From: Chthoniobacterales bacterium
GTDB lineage: Bacteria; Verrucomicrobiota; Verrucomicrobiia; Chthoniobacterales; UBA10450
Assembly: GCA_035635435.1 (NCBI GenBank)
Contig: DASQBB010000013.1
Location: 1,286 to 65,285, forward strand
Direction: 5' to 3'
Length of the DNA: 64,000 nt
The notes beneath the pieces were generated by a model. The model had not been told where the DNA came from. It saw only the letters and a program-made list of their open reading frames with translations, and searched no databases. Shown here in pieces: positions 30,845-39,711 of the stretch. The position numbers and the translations under genes are program-made. Within the stretch, counting starts at the first letter, position 1. Each line of letters opens with the position of its first letter.

Positions 30845-32740
30845 CTACCTTTTCTTCACTGTTACCGTGAAAGTCTTGGTAGCGTTGTTGCCGCAATTAT
30901 CGCTCGCCGTCACGGTCACTGTCGTGGTTCCAATCGGGAAGAAACTGCCCGATGCCGGGTTGGCGATGGCTTGAACCGGGCCGTTTTCAGGATCGTTGGC
31001 GCTAACGTTGAAGAAAACGAAGGCGCCTTTCTGACCACCAACTCTCTTTCTCTGCGCCTTGGTCACGATATCGCCCGGAACCGTGATGACCGGCGGATTG
31101 GTGTCGCAGGTCGGAGTTGATGTGGGCGTTGGTGTTGATGTTGGCGTCGCAGTCGGTGTTGGCGTCAGCGGGGGTGTGGCCGTCGGTGTTGGTGTGGGCG
31201 TCGGACCGACAGCAGCAAAGACATCGACTCGGCCCCATCCAAAGACGTTATTTGGTGTTCCTGAACTGCTGCAAGCGGTGGAATTGATTTGAACGGCGGA
31301 GTTGTTCAACCTCGCTTCGGTCGCGTTGACATCGTGCCGCAGATCCGGCCGCGCTGACCAGAGCAAGGCGACTGCGCCGGCGATGTGCGGGGTCGCCATC
31401 GAAGTCCCGCTAAGAGATGCATATGCGGTATCAGATGTGTTGTAACTGGAGCGCGTGCTTGTGCCGGGCGCGGTGATATCGGGTTTTGTGCGGTTGCTGC
31501 CATCCACTGTAACGGGGCCGCGGCTACTAAAAGAAGCGATTGTGTCTGACCCGGTATTTAGCGCCCCGACCGTGTAGGAGGCGTCATAAAGGGAAGGCGG
31601 ATCGACGATCGTAGAACAGCCCGGTCCGGAATTGCCGGCCGCAACCACCATCACGATTCCAGCAGCGCGTTGACCTTCGACTGCGGATTGTAAGGTGTTC
31701 ACTGAACAACCTTCCGAGGGCGGACAACCCCACGAATTGATCGTGGCGTCGGGAGCTTTGGCCGGATCACCTTGACTTGGGTTACCGTTTACCGGGTACG
31801 GTGCGAGGAAGAATTCCATGCACTCGATGTATCGTGCCGGCGTGCCGTCGCCCTGGTCCATGTTACGGCAACCGATACCTTTGGCTTGGGGCGCCATCCC
31901 GATCTTATTGCCGCCGCCGTCATCGCCAATGGCAGTTCCGAGAGTGTGTGTGCCGTGACCGGAATCGTCGCAAGGAAACGGCGAATCGTTGCCGCACGGG
32001 TTGAGCGTGCTGCCGTGGATCGAGTCGTGCCAGTTGTAATCGTGGTTGGCGGTAACTCCGTCCCAACCGCGGTAATGCGGCTTGATTGCATTGTGCGTCC
32101 AGCGGAAACCAGTATCTGCCCCGGCTACGACTATGCCTTGGCCGAAGAAGCCAAGCGCCCAGACTTGAGGCGCATTAGTATAATTGATGCCCGGTTCAAT
32201 CGTCGCGGGTGCGCTCGGCTGTGACGGCGCTTCAACAGCGCCCAAACCTTGCGGGAAATTTTGGATGTGCGGATTGCCCTCGACCCGCGCCACTTCCGCT
32301 CGCGCGGCCAGCTCCTCGACGATCGAGCGGTCACCTTTCACCCAAAGCGCATTGACGATGTAAAACGAGCGGTGCTCGATTCCGCGCTCACTCAGCCATT
32401 GCCGAATCGGAGCTTGGGTGGTCTGACTCTTATTCCACAACTCGTCGCGAACGTAGCGACTCTTTTCGCTTTTGGTCGACATCGCCGCTGCCTGACTCAA
32501 GTCGGCTTGATCGGCGAGCACAACGATGAATTCGGCCTGCTGTCCATTGGTCGTGTGCTCTACCACCCACGGCGCAATCTTCGCCCCAACCGCCTGCTCG
32601 TTCGGCCAGTCGGCCGGATTTGTAGCGCGAGAAGGACTTATTGCCGCGAGCGCCACTACCGCCGCTGCCCCAAGGAACAATGAGCAAAAGATGCGTCGCC
32701 ATCCTGGCGGCGTAAATGGGCGCTTTGTGTTAATGATCAT
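30845..32740 (-). CDS. Secreted subtilisin-like S8 peptidase with an I9 propeptide, a T/P-rich linker and a C-terminal HYR-like domain
   Basis: Catalytic triad contexts VVAGADTGF, HGTHTLGT and SGTSMATPHIAG. Linker [31 protein letters not shown]-terminus CDTNPPVITVPGDIV...TVTVTASDNCGNNATKTFTVTV. Confidence 0.9.
   Translation of the reverse strand: MIINTKRPFTPPGWRRIFCSLFLGAAAVVALAAISPSRATNPADWPNEQAVGAKIAPWVVEHTTNGQQAEFIVVLADQADLSQAAAMSTKSEKSRYVRDELWNKSQTTQAPIRQWLSERGIEHRSFYIVNALWVKGDRSIVEELAARAEVARVEGNPHIQNFPQGLGAVEAPSQPSAPATIEPGINYTNAPQVWALGFFGQGIVVAGADTGFRWTHNAIKPHYRGWDGVTANHDYNWHDSIHGSTLNPCGNDSPFPCDDSGHGTHTLGTAIGDDGGGNKIGMAPQAKGIGCRNMDQGDGTPARYIECMEFFLAPYPVNGNPSQGDPAKAPDATINSWGCPPSEGCSVNTLQSAVEGQRAAGIVMVVAAGNSGPGCSTIVDPPSLYDASYTVGALNTGSDTIASFSSRGPVTVDGSNRTKPDITAPGTSTRSSYNTSDTAYASLSGTSMATPHIAGAVALLWSARPDLRHDVNATEARLNNSAVQINSTACSSSGTPNNVFGWGRVDVFAAVGPTPTPTPTATPPLTPTPTATPTSTPTPTSTPTCDTNPPVITVPGDIVTKAQRKRVGGQKGAFVFFNVSANDPENGPVQAIANPASGSFFPIGTTTVTVTASDNCGNNATKTFTVTVKKR
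31111..31206 (-). repeat. Thr/Pro-rich linker coding repeat in the S8 peptidase
   Basis: Same kind of ACN-CCN repeat as in the LamG paralogs. Confidence 0.8.
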
Positions 32741-32764
32741 GGTTGGTGAGTGCTCTGTGTTTGT

Positions 32765-33169
32765 TTAGAATTTTACACCGGCTTTTTGCATTTCGCGATA
32801 CGGCAAAAGCCAGATGAGCGATTCATCGTGAAGATCGACAACCTGGATCCGGTTGCCCCAGGGATCGTGAAAGTCGCAGCGGAAGGGCGGCTCGAGTTTG
32901 AGTTTATATTTGCCGGTTAATTTCTTTCTGACTTCTTCGAGCTGTTCTTCATCGCGCACCATGATTCCGAAATGGCGCACGTTGGCCGGCTGCACTTTCT
33001 CGACTTCAAAGATGGCGAGGAACTGGTGCTCGCCGAGCTTGAAGAAGGCATCGCCTTCGCCTTCGTCGAGTTTTTCCAAATTAAAAACGTCTTGATAAAA
33101 CACGACCGCCTTCTCGATGTCGTCGACTTCGATTGCGACGTGATTGCAGCCGTAAACTTGCACGCTCAT
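32765..33169 (-). CDS. VOC (glyoxalase/bleomycin resistance/dioxygenase) family protein
   Basis: GCNHVAIEVDDIEKAVVFYQDVFNL...HFGIMV...FHDPWGNRIQVV. Confidence 0.85.
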   Translation of the reverse strand: MSVQVYGCNHVAIEVDDIEKAVVFYQDVFNLEKLDEGEGDAFFKLGEHQFLAIFEVEKVQPANVRHFGIMVRDEEQLEEVRKKLTGKYKLKLEPPFRCDFHDPWGNRIQVVDLHDESLIWLLPYREMQKAGVKF

Positions 33170-33576
33170 TCTTTGAGTCGCTCCAAAGTCTTGATCAGTT
33201 CGGCGCTGCGGCTGCGGATCTCTTTCCGGTGCACGGTGGCCAGTTCTTCAATCATCTTCTCTCCTTTTGCGGTGAGCTGAACGTGGCGCCGGCGCCGATC
33301 CGTCTCGCCAGCTTCGCGCGTGATGAATTTTCTTCCGACCAAGCGGTCGACGATGTTGACGGCGGAGTGATGTTTTATCTGAAGCCGCTCGCTCAACTGA
33401 GAGATCGTAAGTCCTCCGACTGACGTAAACGCTTTGATGGCCAGGAGCGCCTCGTACTGCTCGGGGCTGAGATCTCCGTTGGTCTTTAGGAAATCTTTGC
33501 TGAAACGGAGAAACTTGCGAAGCAGGTAGCGAAAATTCGCCAGCGCATCGTAGTCGTCGGGATCAAGTCGTAACAT
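33166..33576 (-). CDS. MarR family transcriptional regulator
   Basis: The winged-HTH region reads LSPEQYEALLAI...GLTISQLSERLQIKHHSAVNIVDRLVGRKFITREAGETDRRRRHVQLT. It overlaps the VOC start by 4 nt. Confidence 0.85.
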   Translation of the reverse strand: MLRLDPDDYDALANFRYLLRKFLRFSKDFLKTNGDLSPEQYEALLAIKAFTSVGGLTISQLSERLQIKHHSAVNIVDRLVGRKFITREAGETDRRRRHVQLTAKGEKMIEELATVHRKEIRSRSAELIKTLERLKE

Positions 33577-33658
33577 GCGACTCCCCGTCAGATTTCGCCT
33601 TACTAACTATCGAGCGTCGATACATTGGCATGCCGGCTGCTATTCTTTTCTATATCTC

Positions 33659-33670
33659 TATATATATATA
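33659..33670. repeat. (TA)6 dinucleotide tract
   Basis: tatatatatata runs into the ATG of the pilin-like gene, in the MarR/pilin divergent spacer. Confidence 0.9.
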
Positions 33671-34071
33671 TGAATACATCCGCCGCCAAGTCGCACCAAG
33701 GCTTCACCCTCGTCGAGATCATGATCGTGGTCGCCATCATCGCACTGCTCGCCGCTATCGCCGTGCCCGGGTTTCTCCGTGCCCGCAAGCGCTCTCAGGC
33801 TAGCCGCATCTTGAACGACCTGCGGATGATCGATTCGGCGGTGGACCAATATGCTATCGAAACAAATCGCAAAACCGGTGATGCCGTGGGCGTCGCGGAT
33901 TGGACCAATTATCTCAAGAAAGGTTCGCTCCTTTATAATAACGGAAACAGCTTGCTCGGGACCGCTTACGGCTCACAAACCGTCGACACACTCCCGCAAG
34001 TGCCGCCGGCCGATTACACTGTCTTGTCCGACGTGGCCGCGACTGGTTTCTGGTCGCCTTACGGACCATAA
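33670..34071 (+). CDS. Prepilin-type N-terminal cleavage/methylation domain protein (type II/IV pseudopilin-like)
   Basis: HQGFTLVEIMIVVAIIALLAAIAVPGFLRARKRSQ. I chose the ATG at 33670. Confidence 0.8.
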   Translation: MNTSAAKSHQGFTLVEIMIVVAIIALLAAIAVPGFLRARKRSQASRILNDLRMIDSAVDQYAIETNRKTGDAVGVADWTNYLKKGSLLYNNGNSLLGTAYGSQTVDTLPQVPPADYTVLSDVAATGFWSPYGP

Positions 34072-34142
34072 CGCGATTCAGTTCGGCAAAATTTAAGGCG
34101 CAAATTTTCTTCGACGGCTAGATTTCTGCTTTTCCAAAGGTC

Positions 34143-34616
34143 ATGGATCGGCAAGCGACCATCGATCAATTGGAACAACTTCTTCCGCTGGCGGCGCAGT
34201 GGGCGGCACAACAGGAACGGCACGTTCTCTGCGAAGGCGTCCGTCTTTCTGAAATCGAATTGGCCGACGCTAGAGCGATCGGTGTGCGCAATCCGGAGCG
34301 GGTCCGTTTGTTGCGGGTCGACGCCGTCCCGGTTCCGGCGCATCCAATGCTGCGGGCGGCGGCCGCTTCAATTAATTTTCTGACTGCCGCGCCACGCGGT
34401 CTGGCTTTGGAATATGGAATTTTTGTTCGCGCTGATCACTGGCGTGATCGCGCGCTCATTGCGCACGAGCTTGTGCACACCGCGCAATTTCAAAGGCTCG
34501 GCGGCATTCTACCATTTCTTCAGACTTACATTTTCCAGTGCGCAATCGTCGGCTATCCGAACGCGCCTTTGGAACTGGAAGCGATCGCGACCGCAGCGCG
34601 GATTTGTCCGGATTAA
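34143..34616 (+). CDS. Small HExxH zincin-like protein (resembles the DUF4157 core)
   Basis: YGIFVRADHWRDRALIAHELVHTAQFQRLG. The family assignment is from memory of the DUF4157 pattern (..LLAHELTHVVQ). Confidence 0.4.
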   Translation: MDRQATIDQLEQLLPLAAQWAAQQERHVLCEGVRLSEIELADARAIGVRNPERVRLLRVDAVPVPAHPMLRAAAASINFLTAAPRGLALEYGIFVRADHWRDRALIAHELVHTAQFQRLGGILPFLQTYIFQCAIVGYPNAPLELEAIATAARICPD

Positions 34617-34689
34617 CCGACCTTTCTCGACTGGGCGAAACCGTTTGCAGGCTGGCGGAGTTGTTCCAAAGGCACGACCCTGTGGTTCG

Positions 34690-35568
34690 TCATTTCACAA
34701 CGAAGTTTAACGCGCGCGGCAGGATTTGAAATACCGCGGGTGCGTTGCCAACGAGTTCGCCGTCCACGTTGAAACACATTCCTGGCCGCGACCGGACAGA
34801 AATTTTCTTGGCCCGTCGAAATACCGTCGCATTGCTCGAAAGATGTTTACCTAAAACGATTTCGGCCGCGAGCAATGCAATTTCAGGGGCGCCGAGCTTT
34901 GGAATCAAAACGACTTCAAGCAAACCATCGCTCGGATCGGCATCGGGCGCGATTGGCAACCCGCCGGCGACGAAGCGGCCATTTGCAACGACCACATTAT
35001 AAAGCTCGGCCGACAATTGCTCATCGTCGTTTAATAAAATCTGCGTGTGATAGGCGTGTAGTTTCGGCAACGCAGCGGCCGCCCCGCGGATGTAAGCGAG
35101 CGGTCCCCATGTTCGCTTAATCTTTGGTGTTATTTTTTCGTCCACCATGCCGCTAAAACCGCCGGCTGACACGTTCACGAAATATCGGATGCGCTTGCTC
35201 TTAACCCGAACGAGATCGATTCGCTTTGTTCGGCCCGAACGAAGAATGTCGATGTTCTGCTCGATCGAAAACGGCAGTCCGAGTGTGCGCGCAAAGTCAT
35301 TCCCCGTTCCAAGCGGGACGATTCCGATACGAACGTTCTTTGCGGCGGTGGCTAATCCATTCACCACTCCGTTTAATGTTCCATCACCGCCCGCGACCAC
35401 GATGTAATCATATTTTGCCCTGACCGCGTTTCGCGCCCATTTTTCGGCGTCGCCGGCCTTTCGCGTGATCCGCAATGCCATCGGATTTAATTGTGCCAGT
35501 TGTGAAAGAACTTTTTCCCGATTGGTAACGGAACCGGCACGGGGATTTAAAATGACGTATGGCTTCAC
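34690..35568 (-). CDS. Diacylglycerol/lipid kinase family protein (YegS/BmrU-like)
   Basis: ILNPRAGS...IVVAGGDGTLNGVVNGL...IVPLGTGNDFAR. The GTG at 35568 (VKPYVILNP) is my preferred start. The tracked ORF extends to 35670. Confidence 0.7.
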   Translation of the reverse strand: MKPYVILNPRAGSVTNREKVLSQLAQLNPMALRITRKAGDAEKWARNAVRAKYDYIVVAGGDGTLNGVVNGLATAAKNVRIGIVPLGTGNDFARTLGLPFSIEQNIDILRSGRTKRIDLVRVKSKRIRYFVNVSAGGFSGMVDEKITPKIKRTWGPLAYIRGAAAALPKLHAYHTQILLNDDEQLSAELYNVVVANGRFVAGGLPIAPDADPSDGLLEVVLIPKLGAPEIALLAAEIVLGKHLSSNATVFRRAKKISVRSRPGMCFNVDGELVGNAPAVFQILPRALNFVVK

Positions 35569-35584
35569 CGCGCAGTAAATCAGC

Positions 35585-35601
35585 AGATCGACTGTCGATC
35601 T
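35585..35601. promoter_or_regulatory. Perfect 17-bp palindrome made of two inverted copies of the dispersed motif
   Basis: agatcgac-t-gtcgatct, in the divergent spacer between the lipid kinase gene and the DUF4912-like gene. Confidence 0.35.
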
Positions 35602-35668
35602 TCGCCTGCGCGGTGCAACATTTGCTCTTTTCGTCCCGCCAATTTTCGCCAAATTCGGGTTCAACATC

Positions 35669-36454
35669 ATGCCGGAAGATACTGATACTCAATCGACGCC
35701 ACACTCCGATCCGAGAACAGGATACCGAATCTCGGACGGGCCGGTGGTGCGTCTCGCTCGAAGCGACCCCAAGCTTCCCAACGATTTACCCGAAGCCGTT
35801 GAATTGCCGAGGGTTTATGGCGCGCCACTTTTGTTCGCCATCGCGCGCGATCCGCGGACGCTGTTTGTTTATTGGAATGTCGATTGGTCCTCGATTTTCG
35901 AGAACACTGCGCCGGTGGATCGGCAAGTTCACTTACGCGTTTATCGCAGCGATGGCAGCGAAGAAATTACGGCGGCGGTCGAGCCGATGGTGGGTAATTC
36001 CTACCTCACCGTTTCCGAACCTCGAGAAAGTTACCGCGTCGAGATCGGATATTATCATCCGGCAGCGGTTTGGAATTCAGTCGCAACATCGGACGAAGTC
36101 AAAATGCCGCCGGAACGCGCGGCTGAAAACGTAGATGTCGATGTTGTCACGATTCCGTTCCATCTCAGTTTTCAACGATTAATCGATCTCTTTCGCGCTT
36201 CCCACACCGGCGCGCTCAGCGAAATCATTTCCCGGCTCCAAAAGCGGGCCGTGACCGATCAAGATCGGGCGCTTTTGACTCCCGAAGAATGGGAAGTGTT
36301 GCGAGCGATGAATTTATCGATCGACGAGATTGGTGCCGCCCGCGGCGCTTTTCTTGATCGCGGAAACGGCGCAGCGTTGCGCCGGCGCGCCGAAGCGTTG
36401 CTGGGATTCGGCGCGAGCAGTGCCTCGCGCGGTTTCGGCGGCAGCAGTTGGTAG
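35669..36454 (+). CDS. DUF4912-like protein
   Basis: LPRVYGAPLLFAIARDPRTLFVYWNVDW matches my memory of DUF4912. The C-terminus reads GASSASRGFGGSSW. Confidence 0.45.
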   Translation: MPEDTDTQSTPHSDPRTGYRISDGPVVRLARSDPKLPNDLPEAVELPRVYGAPLLFAIARDPRTLFVYWNVDWSSIFENTAPVDRQVHLRVYRSDGSEEITAAVEPMVGNSYLTVSEPRESYRVEIGYYHPAAVWNSVATSDEVKMPPERAAENVDVDVVTIPFHLSFQRLIDLFRASHTGALSEIISRLQKRAVTDQDRALLTPEEWEVLRAMNLSIDEIGAARGAFLDRGNGAALRRRAEALLGFGASSASRGFGGSSW

Positions 36455-36469
36455 TTAGCGGCCGCGAGT

Positions 36470-37975
36470 CTACCGACCGAGCTTGATCCCTTCCGGCATT
36501 TCCGGCGGTGGCGTATTGATGCGACTGTGGTTTTTCCCGTAGCCGAAATAGAAAACGAACCCGATCAGCAACCAGACGATCAATCGCATCCAGTTCGTCC
36601 ATCCCAGACCGTAGATCATCGCGCCGCAGGTAATGATTCCGAGGATTGCGACAACGGGAGCCGCTGGAACGCGGAAACCACGCTCCACGTTGGGGTGCTT
36701 GACCCGCATGATCCAGACGCCGGCACAAACGAGACTGAACGCGAACAATGTTCCGATGCTCGTCATTTCGCCGGTGACATCGGCCGGCACCAACGCTGCG
36801 AGCGCGCCGGTGAAAACGAAAAAGAGCATGTTCGATTTCCACGGCGTGCGATATCGCGGATGAACTTCGGAGAAAATCGGCGGCACGAGCCCGTCGCGAC
36901 TCATGGAAAAGAACACGCGGGATTGGCCGAGCAACATCACGAGAATGACGGAGGAAAATCCGGCGAGGATCGCGACCGTGACCGCGCGTGAGAGCCATTC
37001 GTAACCGTGCATGTATTTGCTGATCGCGAACGCGACCGACGCTTCACGGCCAGCGGCGCGGAAATCATCGACTGTTCCGACGCCGCTGAGCACAAACGAA
37101 AAGAGCACGTAGAGAATGGTGCAGAAGAACAACGAACCCAGAATGCCAATTGGCATATCGCGTTTCGGATTGCGCGCTTCCTGAGCGGCGGTCGAGACGG
37201 CGTCGAATCCGATGTAAGCGAAGAACACGACGCCGGCCGCGCCGAGAATTCCGAGCAAGCCGCCGTAATGATGCGTGATGCCTTGCGCGGTCGTGTGGGC
37301 GGTCGCCGCCGGAATGAACGGCGTGTGGTTGGCCGGATTAATGAAGTGCCAGCCGATGCCGATGAAGAGTAGCACGATTGACACCTTCACAATGACGATG
37401 AGCCCGTTAACGAACGCCGATTCTTTCGTGCCGCGGATGAGCAGCATCGTAAGGATCAACAAAATGAAAAGCGCAGGCACGTTCATGATGCCGTAGGTGC
37501 CGCCGGGATCGTGCTCGAACGGCGAATGCGTCCATTGATAAGGGAGCTGCCAGTTAAACCAACTCAGAACGCGATTAGCGTACTCGCTCCACGCGTCTGA
37601 TACGGTCGCTGCGGCCACGGCATATTCGAGAATCAAATCCCAGCCAATGATCCAGGCGACGAGTTCGCCCATCGTCGCGTACGAATATGTGTAGGCGCTG
37701 CCCGCGACTGGAATCATCGACGCGAATTCGGCGTAACAAAGTCCGGCGAAAGCGCAGCCGATTCCTGCGACGACGAACGCGAGCACAACCGACGGACCGG
37801 CGCGATCGGCGATGGCCGCGGCGGTTCGAACGAACAGACCGGCCCCAATGATTCCGCCGATTCCAAGCGCGACCAGGTTTACCCAACCGAGCGAACGTTT
37901 GAGACTGTGCTCGCCGACTTCCTCGGCTTGGGCCATGAGACGCTCGATCGGTTTTTTCGCGAATAGATTTCCCAT
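36470..37975 (-). CDS. APC-superfamily amino acid permease (cationic amino acid transporter-like)
   Basis: 12+ TM helices. N-terminal SLGWVNLVALGIGGIIGAGLFV signature. Confidence 0.9.
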   Translation of the reverse strand: MGNLFAKKPIERLMAQAEEVGEHSLKRSLGWVNLVALGIGGIIGAGLFVRTAAAIADRAGPSVVLAFVVAGIGCAFAGLCYAEFASMIPVAGSAYTYSYATMGELVAWIIGWDLILEYAVAAATVSDAWSEYANRVLSWFNWQLPYQWTHSPFEHDPGGTYGIMNVPALFILLILTMLLIRGTKESAFVNGLIVIVKVSIVLLFIGIGWHFINPANHTPFIPAATAHTTAQGITHHYGGLLGILGAAGVVFFAYIGFDAVSTAAQEARNPKRDMPIGILGSLFFCTILYVLFSFVLSGVGTVDDFRAAGREASVAFAISKYMHGYEWLSRAVTVAILAGFSSVILVMLLGQSRVFFSMSRDGLVPPIFSEVHPRYRTPWKSNMLFFVFTGALAALVPADVTGEMTSIGTLFAFSLVCAGVWIMRVKHPNVERGFRVPAAPVVAILGIITCGAMIYGLGWTNWMRLIVWLLIGFVFYFGYGKNHSRINTPPPEMPEGIKLGR

Positions 37976-38061
37976 GGGTTAACTCTCCTTGTTTGTGTAA
38001 CTACTTCGCCCGCGACGTTGTTTTGGTTTCAATAAAAGGCAGCATGCAGCAGGCCGAAAAG

Positions 38062-39561
38062 CTAAGCGGTCGGCGACTTTCGCCACAGAAAATAAATTGG
38101 GACGCCGGTCAGCACGATGATGAGTCCAGGCCATGTTGTGGCCGTTTGGTAAATGAAAAGAACAGCGAGGATCACACTCGCGCCAACGATGTAGAGAGCG
38201 GGCACGATCGGATAACCGAATGCTTTATACGGACGCTCAGCATCGGGTCGTTTCCGGCGCAGCACGAAGATGCCGATGATCGTCAGAATGTAGAAGATGA
38301 GCGCCGCGGAAATGACGTAGTCGAGTAGATTTCCGTAAAGATTTCCGTAACCGGTGACGTTGCCGGCCGCATCCGTTTTCACAGTTCGCGGAAGCACGAG
38401 CACACCGGCCCAAATTCCTTGAATGATGAGTCCCCAGGCAGGCACGTGATTTTTGTTCAACTCGCCGACCCGCCGGAAAAATAGACCGTCCCGCGCCATC
38501 GCGTAATACGCGCGCGCACCCGCGAGAATCAGTCCGTTATTGCAGCCGAAAGTCGAGATCATGATCGCGACCGCCATAATCGTCGCGCCCGTTCCTGGGA
38601 AAATCACATTGGCCGTTTCCGATGCGACACGATCACTTGGCGCATTCTGGATCGCCGCGAATGGAAGCGCCGCGAGGTACGCGACATTCGCCAACAGATA
38701 CAGTCCGATCACGAGAAATGTTCCGAACGCGAGCGAAAGTGGAATGTTCCGGCGCGGTTCTTTCACTTCGCCGGCGGTGAAGGTGATGTTGTTCCAGGCA
38801 TCGGCCGAAAAAAGCGAATTGGTTTGCGCCACGCAAATGCCGACGAACAGACCGAAAGCTGTCGCGGCCGTGAGCCCGGCGCCAACTTCCTGTAAACCGC
38901 CGCGCAAAGTCCAAAAGTCTTTGAAATTCTCCGCCCCGGCGCCCGATTTTACGCCGACAATAATGCCGAGCAAGATCAGCGCGATGAGTGCCCCGGTCTT
39001 GGCGGTTGTAAAAATATTCTGGACGATTTTGCCAAGCTTCAATCCGCGCGTGTTCATGAACGTGAGCAAGGCGATCATTGCCAGGCCAAGAAATTGCGCA
39101 GTGGAAAGGGAGACCGCATAACCGCCGAAACGAATTGGTGCGATCAAGTAATTCGACTCGGAGAACCACGGGATGAGGACTCCGGTATAACGCGCGAATC
39201 CGACCGCAACGGCCGCGATCGTCCCCGTTTGAATCACGAGAAAAAGCGTCCAGCCGTAAAGAAAACCCCAAAGCGGCGAGAACGCTTCCCGCAGATAAAC
39301 ATATTGGCCGCCTGCTTTCGGCATCATCGCCGCCAGCTCTCCGTATGAAAGAGCTGCCATCAGCGTTAACAGACCGGTAACGATCCAGACGACAAGCAAC
39401 CAGCCGGGGGCGCCGACCTGCCGCGCGATGATCGAGGAAACGATGAAAATTCCCGAACCAATCATCGAGCCCGCCACGAGCATCGTTGAATCGAGCAAAC
39501 CTAGCCCGCGAACAAACTTCTGTTCCTCAACCGGAGTCGCTGTGGCTTCTAGTGCTGACAT
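38062..39561 (-). CDS. APC-superfamily amino acid permease (LAT/APA-like)
   Basis: LGLLDSTMLVAGSMIGSGIFIV...PKAGGQYVYLREAF. Confidence 0.9.
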   Translation of the reverse strand: MSALEATATPVEEQKFVRGLGLLDSTMLVAGSMIGSGIFIVSSIIARQVGAPGWLLVVWIVTGLLTLMAALSYGELAAMMPKAGGQYVYLREAFSPLWGFLYGWTLFLVIQTGTIAAVAVGFARYTGVLIPWFSESNYLIAPIRFGGYAVSLSTAQFLGLAMIALLTFMNTRGLKLGKIVQNIFTTAKTGALIALILLGIIVGVKSGAGAENFKDFWTLRGGLQEVGAGLTAATAFGLFVGICVAQTNSLFSADAWNNITFTAGEVKEPRRNIPLSLAFGTFLVIGLYLLANVAYLAALPFAAIQNAPSDRVASETANVIFPGTGATIMAVAIMISTFGCNNGLILAGARAYYAMARDGLFFRRVGELNKNHVPAWGLIIQGIWAGVLVLPRTVKTDAAGNVTGYGNLYGNLLDYVISAALIFYILTIIGIFVLRRKRPDAERPYKAFGYPIVPALYIVGASVILAVLFIYQTATTWPGLIIVLTGVPIYFLWRKSPTA

Positions 39562-39711
39562 CTGAATCGCTCGGCTGGCGCAGAGTTAAGCAATCCCGCC
39601 CAGATCAAGCAACGTCAAACATTGTCTTTGGTTGCGTTTTTTCCGCCGCTAAAAATACTGAGGAGCGCGAAACCGCTTTCGTGTGAAACGAACCATGCTA
39701 TTCTCCGCCGC

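Noticed and set aside
36225-36998. A 257-aa minus-strand ORF overlapping the DUF4912-like gene and the permease gene.
   Set aside because: It is an out-of-frame shadow of the APC permease, with an Arg-rich translation. The permease frame has clear TM-helix periodicity.
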